Origin: a virus
Lineage: Duplodnaviria > Caudoviricetes
Length of the DNA: 39,946 nucleotides
Reading direction: 5' to 3' (one strand)
IMG/VR virus record: IMGVR_UViG_3300030376_003169
Location: 1-39,946 of that record
Shown here: in pieces, positions 1-9,100 of the stretch
Position numbering within the stretch: the first letter of the stretch is position 1
Layout: each line of letters starts with the position of its first letter
Program-made: the position numbers and the translations under genes
Notes under the pieces: generated by a model
Told to the model about the DNA's origin: nothing
The model's database searches: none
What the model saw: only the letters and a program-made list of their open reading frames with translations

Positions 1-965
1 CCTGAAGAACCTGCTCTACCAATAGAAACTAGCTCATTAGTAGAAGATTTGACAAATAACCTTGCTCCATCTGCTGTAACATTTACATCACCTGCAAAAG
101 TAGAGCCTGTACCTTTTGTTACTACTAACTCACTATTAGCAAGGTCTACAGATGAGCCTGTTCCTGAATAATTAATATGTAAAGTTGCTCTGTTTGAATC
201 AGCATAACCATCTGCATTGTAAAAATTTAATTCATTAGTGCTTTCTAATACTAAAGAGTAGTCGCTACCTGTAATTGGTCTTAATCCACCATCAACTGAT
301 AATTTCATTTTACCTGAACCTGCATTTGAAAGGTCAAAAACTTTAGTAGAGCTTGTGCTTGTTGATAATCTTATTGTACTTGTATCAGGAAATGTAAATT
401 TATAATCAGCCACACCTGCATCTGTAAGTGTTAATGCTGAATCAGTAGTAGAGCTTGTTGATGAGCTAATTGTTCCTGATGTAGTTAATGAAGTCAGAGT
501 ACCTACTGAAGTAAGAGAACTATTAACTACTGTGCTTTTTAAGGTTGTGCCTGATAATACGTTAGCATCTGCTGTTACAGCACTTTGATTTATATAGCTA
601 AATGTACCATCTCCATCTGTAGATAATAATTGTCCACTTGTTCCATCTCCACTTACTGCCAACTCATCTGCTGTTATGCTGTTATTTTCAACGTATGATG
701 ATTGACCCATCAAGACACCATAGAAGTCAGCACCACTAGCTGGAGCACCAGTAAATGTAATAGTAGAGCCACTCACACTATATGCGTCAGGGGCTTGTTG
801 TACTACACCATCAATGGCAATTAATAAATTTTGTACGTTAGGTGTAATGTTGACCCCACCAACTTGCAGGGTAAAGGCTGTGTTGCTTCCATTAAAGGTT
901 GATGCAATATCGTCTACAAGAGCAAAGCTACCAGCGTTAGTTACATTATAACCTATATAAGGCAT
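1..965 (-). CDS. Tail fibre, N-terminal part (continues across the window junction into 38845..39946)
   Basis: Not in the ORF track. Read manually from ATG at 965: MPYIGYNVTNAGSFALVDDIASTFNGSNTAFTLQVGG...IDGVVQQAPDAYSVSGSTITFTGAPASG, a typical fibre anchor. Contains TSVGTLT. Same frame at position 1 (only parts were translated). Confidence 0.85.
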   Translation of the reverse strand, partial: MPYIGYNVTNAGSFALVDDIASTFNGSNTAFTLQVGGVNITPNVQNLLIAIDGVVQQAPDAYSVSGSTITFTGAPASGADFYGVLMGQSSYVENNSITADELAVSGDGTSGQLLSTDGDGTFSYINQSAVTADANVLSGTTLKSTVVNSSLTSVGTLTSLTTSGTISSSTSSTTDSALTLTDAGVADYKFTFPDTSTIRLSTSTSSTKVFDLSNAGSGKMKLSVDGGLRPITGSDYSLVLESTNELNFYNADGYADSNRATLHINYSGTGSSVDLANSELVVTKGTGSTFAGDVNVTADGARLFVKSSTNELVSIGRAGSS

Positions 966-1141
966 TACTTACCTACTTTCTTCATAGCTAGATCGTGAGC
1001 CTGTTTAAAGGACTTACCGTTACGCATAACTCCAACCATATATTTCATATGTGATTGACTATGGTGCACTGAATGTTTTTTCATTGTAGCCTTTTGTTTT
1101 GGAGTTAAACCCTCCATACTTACCATCTTTGCTTTAGCCAT
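965..1141 (-). CDS. Small basic, His-rich hypothetical protein (58 aa)
   Basis: Manual translation MAKAKMVSMEGLTPKQKATMKKHSVHHSQSHMKYMVGVMRNGKSFKQAHDLAMKKVGK; fills the gap exactly with TAATG overlaps on both sides. Confidence 0.8.
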   Translation of the reverse strand: MAKAKMVSMEGLTPKQKATMKKHSVHHSQSHMKYMVGVMRNGKSFKQAHDLAMKKVGK

Positions 1142-2487
1142 TAATTTTTCTCCAATGCTGTTACTTTTGATGATAGTTCTTGTATTTTTTTGAGCATTGG
1201 AATGATTAACTGTCTATACTCAACTCCTGCTAATACTTTATTTTCATCTTCGTCTATATCATAAAAAACAAAATCCTTATTGACTTTTTCTACTTCATCA
1301 GCAATTAAACCATATTCAATACTACCATCTTTTGTTTTTCCATAAGTTCCATCTTGTTTAATATTTCTTCTATAAAAACTAACAGGATTTAAATCGCTTA
1401 ACCATGTTACATCAGATAATGATTTTATATCCATTTTATGTTCACGAACAGAAGATACATAACCTAAATCACCACCATCACCAATATATAAATCTCTATT
1501 AGTAGCTCCCACAGTTCTTCCATAAACACTTTGAAAAGCAATCTCACCACCATTTGTAATAGACATTTGCTCATTACCACCACCATCTATAAATCTAAAT
1601 CTATCTGTAGTTCCTCCGTAACCAATAGTAAAAGCATTAGAGTTATTACCAAACATCATAGAGCAAAAAGAAGTTGTATTATTTCCATTTGTTGCATTTC
1701 TTTTTAATTGAAGCATTCTATCAGCACTAGCGTAAGCAGAAGCTCCATCAGTAATATAAAGTCTATCGCCATTACCACTACTTCCTATTGAAACATTCCC
1801 ATCAGAGTGAATAGTCATAGCTAGATTAGCAAAAGGAGTTGCATCTTTATCTGATGAATATCTAAAATCTAAATTTCCGTGAGCAGAATAATTTGAAGCT
1901 ATACCCCAATTTCTTCCACTTGTATTAGATGCGTTAGCAGTTAAAAGAGTAACACTTGATACACCATCAGATGCATCACCTCTAATACCTAAAGTTTGAT
2001 ATTGGTGGTCAGTCATTGTTTGGTTGCCAAGCATTACGTCACCAGCAGGTGTGATACGGGCTCTTTCAAGACCTGAAGTAGAAAACTGCATAATATTACC
2101 ATCGAACATTTTAATCATACAATGTGGTACATTATCATTTCCACCATTTGCTAAAACTAAATCTCCAGCAGTATTAGAAATCCAAGTTTCTCTTGTATCA
2201 GAACCATCTTTTAATCGTATTGATGGAGTTGTATGTGCGTCTGAATTGCCTTTTATAACTAATAATGCATCCATAGACGTTTCGCCAATACCTACTTTAT
2301 TTTCTGAAGCATCCACAAACAGCGTGTTAGAATCAAAGTTCACATCACCACTAACAGTCAATCCTGTGAGAGTACCTACTGAAGTAATTCCTGTCTGTGC
2401 CCCTGTAACAGTTATAGCGTCTGCTACTTTTGCGTCAGTTACGCTGTTATCTGCTAATCCGTTTGTTTTAATTTTTGTTAATGCCAT
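1141..2487 (-). CDS. Tail fibre/spike with C-terminal intramolecular chaperone (peptidase S74-like)
   Basis: G/N/T-rich fibre repeats (GNVSIG, ERARI); C-terminal SSVREHKMDI...LNPVSF...GLIADEV...KKIQEL pattern. Confidence 0.85.
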   Translation of the reverse strand: MALTKIKTNGLADNSVTDAKVADAITVTGAQTGITSVGTLTGLTVSGDVNFDSNTLFVDASENKVGIGETSMDALLVIKGNSDAHTTPSIRLKDGSDTRETWISNTAGDLVLANGGNDNVPHCMIKMFDGNIMQFSTSGLERARITPAGDVMLGNQTMTDHQYQTLGIRGDASDGVSSVTLLTANASNTSGRNWGIASNYSAHGNLDFRYSSDKDATPFANLAMTIHSDGNVSIGSSGNGDRLYITDGASAYASADRMLQLKRNATNGNNTTSFCSMMFGNNSNAFTIGYGGTTDRFRFIDGGGNEQMSITNGGEIAFQSVYGRTVGATNRDLYIGDGGDLGYVSSVREHKMDIKSLSDVTWLSDLNPVSFYRRNIKQDGTYGKTKDGSIEYGLIADEVEKVNKDFVFYDIDEDENKVLAGVEYRQLIIPMLKKIQELSSKVTALEKN

Positions 2488-4352
2488 TACGATGCTCGTC
2501 TTCCTAAAATTTGTATATAAGAATTAGCTGAAAAGTTTCCTGTACTAGCATTTATTCTAAACCCAGTATATCTATCAGGATTTAAATTAGTATTGTATCT
2601 AAAATGAGAATCTTGTCTTGAGTAAGACTCGCTAGTGTTATACCCTACTAGAGTTCCGTAACCATAAGGTCTATAAACATCACCCCTGTCTGTATTTGAG
2701 CCACTAATTGTTGGAGTAGTTACGTTAAAAATCTTTAATTCTCCATGAACACCACCTGCAAGGTCATCCCAAGCATTATGAAATATAGTATGTGTACTAT
2801 TTCCTGCTTCTGCTACATTAGTTATAGTAGTTGAACTTGAAGTAACTATATGTGTATTTCCATTATACTCAGAATTACTTGCTTGACTGCCATCTCCATC
2901 TAAAAGAAATCTTATCCAAATATCAGCACCTTCGGTCTCAACACCTATATGCCCTATAACAATTTTAAACATTGTATAATCATTAGAAAAACAATTTACA
3001 CTTCTTATAAAATCTGAACTATTGTCAGCTAATCTAATTGTTTCTATAAGTTCGTATTCGCCTGGAACTTGAACTTGACCACTTTTTTTAATTTCAAAAG
3101 CTGTAGCATCATTAAAAGATGCTTTAAATAATGAAGAACCTGATGCGTGTCCTTTACTGCCCCTATTACCATCATTTCTAACTTGTAAAATAGCATCAGA
3201 TGTAGTGTAGTTATCACCTAGTGCAAAATATCCCATTCCCCCACCACTAGCTATTGTTCCACCTGTAGTTGATTTAACTACTAAATTCCAATTATCTGCA
3301 TTTGTAGCATTAATTGCACCTGCACCTGATTGTAGAGTACCTCCTGTACTACATCTTAATCCAATAACCTCAGAGTTTCTATTCTTTCCTATGTTTACAC
3401 CATCAATACCAAGTATCATTAACTCTGCACCACTTGGTGAATAACCTGCAAACGTACCAAAATAACCACCATAAGGAGATGCTTCATTACCTAGTTTAAA
3501 TATAGATACATTATTGTCAGTAAAGAATCTTATTAAACCACCACCTCTATAAGATGATGTTACGCTAGAACTGTATGCTTGTTGTCCACCACTACCACCT
3601 GCTGTTTCAAAATAATTTGATGTTTTTGCATAACCTCCAACAGAGACATTTCCTGATGGCTGTAATGCTCCTACAGTTTGTACAGTTCCATCTCCCTCTA
3701 CAGTTAATGCTTCAACGTAACTTCCACTAGATAGAGTTGATATTGTAAAATGTCCATTAGTTTTAGATTGCAATCTCCACCTGTCTGCATTATCATCAGC
3801 TTGGTCGGCAGTCATATAAAGGCTTGATACACCACCTTCACCACCAACTATATTTAAAAATGATTCTCCACTTGTACCTACTTTAAAATTAAACCAACCT
3901 TCAGTATCGCTTGAGCTAAGACTATAGTCTTGACCACTTCCAATATAAACATTTCCCACATCTGTTGCCCAAATACTTGCATCTTGGTCTGCACCTAATA
4001 CTAATGCTTTATCGTCTGCATCAATTAATATATGACCTGATGTAGTTAAACCTGTAAGAGTGCCTACTGAGGTAATGTTTCCTTGAGATGCTGTGGCGAG
4101 TGTACCAGTAATATCTCCACTAAATGTGGCAGTACCACCTACAGTAAGTTTATGAGAACCTGATACAGCAGTACCAAGTCCAAGTGATCCCATTTGAAAT
4201 CCAGTGCCATCATCATCTATCTTGGTTGCAGTTATTGCGTCACTAGCAATATCAGCCGTAGCTATAGTAGCGTCTTGGATTTCGGTGGTTGTAATTACAT
4301 CTTGCCCTACGACTAGAGCAACGTCGGCTGGAGCGTTACCGTAATAAGCCAT
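2487..4352 (-). CDS. Tail fibre / receptor-binding protein
   Basis: MAYYGNAPA start, short I.T..I.D repeats, TSVGTLTGLT joint, G/S-rich beta region and a globular-looking C-terminus. Confidence 0.75.
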   Translation of the reverse strand: MAYYGNAPADVALVVGQDVITTTEIQDATIATADIASDAITATKIDDDGTGFQMGSLGLGTAVSGSHKLTVGGTATFSGDITGTLATASQGNITSVGTLTGLTTSGHILIDADDKALVLGADQDASIWATDVGNVYIGSGQDYSLSSSDTEGWFNFKVGTSGESFLNIVGGEGGVSSLYMTADQADDNADRWRLQSKTNGHFTISTLSSGSYVEALTVEGDGTVQTVGALQPSGNVSVGGYAKTSNYFETAGGSGGQQAYSSSVTSSYRGGGLIRFFTDNNVSIFKLGNEASPYGGYFGTFAGYSPSGAELMILGIDGVNIGKNRNSEVIGLRCSTGGTLQSGAGAINATNADNWNLVVKSTTGGTIASGGGMGYFALGDNYTTSDAILQVRNDGNRGSKGHASGSSLFKASFNDATAFEIKKSGQVQVPGEYELIETIRLADNSSDFIRSVNCFSNDYTMFKIVIGHIGVETEGADIWIRFLLDGDGSQASNSEYNGNTHIVTSSSTTITNVAEAGNSTHTIFHNAWDDLAGGVHGELKIFNVTTPTISGSNTDRGDVYRPYGYGTLVGYNTSESYSRQDSHFRYNTNLNPDRYTGFRINASTGNFSANSYIQILGRRAS

Positions 4353-4693
4353 TAGGTCATCTCCATAATAGAGACAATAATGTCTACAGAAGAACCAGCA
4401 CTAGCCTTAGCCTTTATGGCATCACTAGCTTGTAAAACTAATTTGTTCCCCTGCATAATCTCGAGTGTACCTCCTGATGGTATTGGTAATCCTTTGCCTA
4501 AATAAACATTGGCATTGGTTTCTGTGTCGCTAGTATCTGACACAATTTGCACGTCTACTGTCTTACTACTCGCAGAAGTGTTAGCAATAGAAATGCCAAG
4601 AACTACTGTATCTGTAGAAGATGGAGTTGTATATACAGTTGCAAGTGAAGTGGTTAGGTTTGCTTTGGTTTTAAGTTTAAAATTATTTGGCAT
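4352..4693 (-). CDS. Small tail fibre-associated structural protein
   Basis: Beta-rich 113 aa (VYTTP...LGISIAN...KLVLQASDAIKA) coupled to fibre genes. Confidence 0.65.
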   Translation of the reverse strand: MPNNFKLKTKANLTTSLATVYTTPSSTDTVVLGISIANTSASSKTVDVQIVSDTSDTETNANVYLGKGLPIPSGGTLEIMQGNKLVLQASDAIKAKASAGSSVDIIVSIMEMT

Positions 4694-4917
4694 TATCCAA
4701 GTCCAATACTTAGGGCTACTGCTTCATCAATAGCCGTTTGTTTTGCCTCATCAGATTCTACAAAGTATTTTAAGTTGCCTGAAGAGTCTTTAAAATATAA
4801 TTTTTTATCTGCTGTATTAATTGCAATCTCACCAGCAACTAATGTAGTACCTCCACTAATAGGTGGGGTATCTCCAGCAGTGCTACTTTTTTTTAGCTGA
4901 AGAGTATTACTAGCCAT
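4693..4917 (-). CDS. Short fibre adaptor, Mtd N-terminal-like domain
   Basis: LQLKKSS...P...L.AGEIAINTADKKLYFKD motif. Confidence 0.65.
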   Translation of the reverse strand: MASNTLQLKKSSTAGDTPPISGGTTLVAGEIAINTADKKLYFKDSSGNLKYFVESDEAKQTAIDEAVALSIGLG

Positions 4918-5814
4918 TTAGAATGTTCCACATTCAATCGTAGCGTCAGTTATTGCTGTGGCTTTAATTGAAGCAAACTCTGCATTACCTACAGAACCAC
5001 TGAACACTTCAGATGTGTTAGTCGCATCAGGAATGTATCTAAAGACATTATCAGTATCATCCATTCCAAAGAATCCAACCTTAGCAGAGCTACCGTTGTG
5101 CCATTTAAATTCTATCCCTCTATCCTTATCGTCATTTGTGCCGTTACCATCTCCACCCATTGTAAAGATAGGGTCATCAATAGTTACTGTAGTTGAGTTT
5201 ACTGTGGTAGTTGTGCCATCTACTTGCAAGTTACCAGTTACAGTAACATTACCAGTAAGTGTAGGATTAGATACTACTCCAACTGTGACTGTACCATTAT
5301 TTTCAGATACGTCAGTCTCGTTAGCTACACCAGCAAAAGTAAGAGTGCTACCTAGTGCTATAGCTGAGTTATTAGAGCCGTCACTAACAGTTACGCTAGA
5401 GTTAGCTAATTTTGCATTTGCAATACTTCCAGCCAACATAGCATTTGTAACACCACTAGCCTTTACTCGTATTGCGTCACTATTAGTCTCTATAGAACTA
5501 TCATCTACGTTCACACTTAATACACCACTAGAGTGTCCTAAGCCGTCCCCTGCTGTCGTTGATGCTATTGCTATAGTAACTCTGTTATCAGCGTCACCAC
5601 TAGATACAGTTTTTGTAATACCATTTCCAGCAATAATATCTTTAAGAGTAGATAAATGAAATGGATTGGTTGTTCCATTGCTGTCAGTCTGTCTACCGAC
5701 AAATAATTTTTGATTGTCATTCGACCAAGCTAACTCTCCATATGCTAACGATGAAGGGTCAGAATCACTATCGTAAGATGATGAGCGTTTGACTTGTAAG
5801 ATATTTGATGCCAT
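4918..5814 (-). CDS. Tail fibre with Mtd N-terminal-like domain
   Basis: LQVKRSS...LAYGELAWSNDNQKLFVG; GNLQVDGTTTTVNSTTVTIDD and DRGIEF fibre motifs. Confidence 0.75.
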   Translation of the reverse strand: MASNILQVKRSSSYDSDSDPSSLAYGELAWSNDNQKLFVGRQTDSNGTTNPFHLSTLKDIIAGNGITKTVSSGDADNRVTIAIASTTAGDGLGHSSGVLSVNVDDSSIETNSDAIRVKASGVTNAMLAGSIANAKLANSSVTVSDGSNNSAIALGSTLTFAGVANETDVSENNGTVTVGVVSNPTLTGNVTVTGNLQVDGTTTTVNSTTVTIDDPIFTMGGDGNGTNDDKDRGIEFKWHNGSSAKVGFFGMDDTDNVFRYIPDATNTSEVFSGSVGNAEFASIKATAITDATIECGTF

Positions 5815-5824
5815 ATTTTAACCT

Positions 5825-6163
5825 TTATGAAAAAGTTCCCCCGTCTATTGTTTTTTGATCAAGTGCCTGAGATGCACTTACTGTTACTACTGCACTACTG
5901 TCGCCAAATGCACGTCCAGTTAATTTGTTTATATCAACGGCAGTTGCAGTTACTGTTGTTCCAGCTAATTTTAATCCATTACTTCCGTTATGCCCGTTTA
6001 CATTTACGTCAGTTGTACTAATCTGTAAAGCAGATTGCACACCTTCACCATCCTCTATTGGTTTTAAAGTAGCTTCTAAACCTTCATTTGTATTTGCTTC
6101 GGTATGAACAGTAAGCAAATCTTTATAGGTTAATGCTGGAGTTTTACTGGTTAAACCTGCCAT
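5825..6163 (-). CDS. Putative tail accessory protein
   Basis: T/G-rich; ends IDGGTFS, similar to the IECGTF end of its neighbour. Confidence 0.55.
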   Translation of the reverse strand: MAGLTSKTPALTYKDLLTVHTEANTNEGLEATLKPIEDGEGVQSALQISTTDVNVNGHNGSNGLKLAGTTVTATAVDINKLTGRAFGDSSAVVTVSASQALDQKTIDGGTFS

Positions 6164-6198
6164 AGTGTTACAAATCTCTTAATTTTCATATGTTTAAA

Positions 6199-9100
6199 CT
6201 ATTTATTCCGTTGTGCTTTAAGACGTTTTTCTAATTTTACAGTACCTGCACTAGGTGACATAAGTGGTGCATACTCTTTTATAATCTCTGCAAACTCACT
6301 ATCTTTATCCATCCAGTATAGATGTTTACCAAATACAGGTATATGTCTTACCCAATTAGCACCACGCTTTTTAAAATCTCTCCAAGCATACTTAGCTGGT
6401 TCTCTTGTATTTTTATATTTATCCAATCGTTTATGTAGAAACCTTAAATCGGATACAGGGTCATCTACATAATCAAAAGGTGGTACAAGCATTTTTAAAA
6501 TAGCTTGTGAAGGTTTGCTGTTAATAAAATTATAATAATGATATCTGGACACACCAGCCAGTTTTAATAAATTTGACCAGACTAATTCGTTTATAGGTGT
6601 TTTTCTACCAGCCATCCAATCTTTAATTGTATCTGCCCCTGCCTCAGCCATAGCTAATACTGTTCCAAGCATTACCATATTCATCATAGCAGAAGCGTGT
6701 TTGCCTTCTTTTTTTAGCATATTTGTTTCGTTAACAAAAACATCAAACCTTTTTAGCATAAATGTTTTTAGCATATAAAACACTCTACCATTAGGGTGTT
6801 GCATATATCCTATAGGCACTTCACTTTTAGCTACAGGTTGTACATCTAATAATTCACTGTAAGCTAATAATTCTGTTAACTCAGTACGTTTACCAGAAGC
6901 TAGATCGTTTATAAGTTGTTGAGATTCAGATTGGCTAAACTTTCGATTTATTCTTCTTTGTAAATCACGAGTTAATTTATTGTTGCGACCACGTACAATC
7001 TGACTTGCACCTTTTTCATATTTTTTCATACTGGTGTTAATAAAGGTTTCTTTACCTACCCTATCCATTGTAGATAGTCCAGAAAGCCTAAATACCCATG
7101 TCATAGCTCGTTGAAGTGATGTTTGATTATCACTAAGCTCTTGAAGTATTCTATTGTCAACACCTAGCTGTTTTAATTTGTATTTGTTTAATCGTGTTAA
7201 ACTTTTAAACATTTCGCTAATTACTCGTGTATATGTAGAAGGTCGCAATAAACCTATAGCACTACCTTTTGCAGAACGATACACAGATACGCCCAAGTCT
7301 CCAAGCTGTGTAACTGCACTAAAAACACTACCCATTGTAGATATGTAACCAACATTGCGAACACCAGCTACAAAAGAATTCATTGTCTGGTCGTTGTAGT
7401 ACGCTTCTAATATTGTACGCACTCTTTCGACCTCATCCCTGTTTAGCTTAAAATCGCTTTCTAAATCTATAAGCATTGAACCTATTTGGTCTTGTAGACC
7501 TACATATGGCAATCCCGTTCTAAGCTGTTCCTCTTTTCGTTTTACTTCCATTGCCTGTATTGCTTTAGGCGTATTCCTGCTTTCAAATACCAAAAGATTG
7601 TTTTGCTCGTTTTGTTCGAACTGACCAATCTTATTATCGTATATACCTACGCCTTTTATTCGTGTATTCTTTGGAAACTTTCTAAAAGAAAATCTGTTTG
7701 GTCTTCCACCCATAAATTGTGCCGTAGCAATCATTTGAGACATACCATTAGCATACATAGCTAAGCTATTATGTGGCTCATCGTAGAATCTTAATTGATC
7801 TACTGTTAGCTTGTCAATTTTTCTCGTCTTGCTCCAGTCAGCAGTATTGCTCAATAATCCTTTTTTATCTCTTAATAAAGCGTTTGCAATAGCTACCTTT
7901 TCTTCGTCAGTTAAATCTCTTCCTCTATATTCTCTAGCACTTGCAAAGGCTTCTTCTAATTTGCTACGTCTGGATGTCGCAGTCTGACCACTTACATATT
8001 TATAGAAAGCTCTGTGGTCTACCACTGTTCTTGGAAAATGATTTTCAATATGACCCATATCTATCCCCACAGCCATAGCTTGTTCGTGTAATGCCTCGTG
8101 TGAACGGACAAACTCTCTATATTGGTTAATACGTCTTTTTGTTTTTAAGATAGATTCTACTGTCGCTGTATCTCCATTATATAGTGCAAGTTTTAACGCC
8201 ACGTATTCTGCTTTAGCTCTACGAGTCCTAGCTTTTTTCTGCATACGTCTTAATGTCTTGCCAAATGGTTTTACAGCTACCAGATATTTATCTAATATAT
8301 CAAAGGCTCTTTTCTGGGAACGTCTAAGTCTTTCAGTTATTTTAGGATTTATGCGATTAAGCTGGGACGATATAGTCCTAAAATAGTCTCTAAATTGTTT
8401 TACAGCGTTAACCTTAGCATCACGTTTAGCATTACGTCTTTCTTGTCTAGTAACTTTTTTGTTAAATGCTTTAGCATATTCTTTCTCATTAATACCACGT
8501 AAACTAAATAACGAGTCTTGATTAGGGTCTTCTTGATTCAGTGATTCTATTAGCTCTTGCTTTTGCTTTTTTACGTCCCGTCTTTGCGATTGCAAATCTT
8601 TACGTAATGTTTCGTAAACGTCTGTTTCTTTGGCGTTTGTTTCTTCTGCTATTTTTTTAGCTTCTTCACTTAAACTTTTTGTGTCTTCAAGTTGTGCAGT
8701 TATACTAGATATTTGATTATCAAGAGCATCTACTTCATTTTTAGTTGTTTCGTCAGCATCTTCGGGTAGTCGAGCCGTATCTTTTCTTAACTGCTTTAAA
8801 ATAGATGAAGGTCTATCCTTCATTCCATCGACCTTTTCTAAGGTCATTGACAAGTTGAGACCTATCTTTTGATCGTCACCTTCAATAGCATTTTCGTTAT
8901 AAAGATATGTAAATATATCGTCTTCATGCTTATTGGTCATCCAATCGTATTTTTTACGATAGCCACCAACAAGACTTGCAGTGCTTACTATACGTTTAAA
9001 TCCACTGGTATTTTCGTAATTATCTTTAAACTTACCTTTTGAGTCTAAAAATGATAAGTTATACAAAGACTTTGCTTTACCTACAGAAATTGAAGGCAAG

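Noticed and set aside
475-4075. Diversity-generating retroelement or shufflon acting on the fibres
   Set aside because: No reverse transcriptase; no long template/variable pair with adenine-specific mismatches seen; repeats are direct, not inverted.
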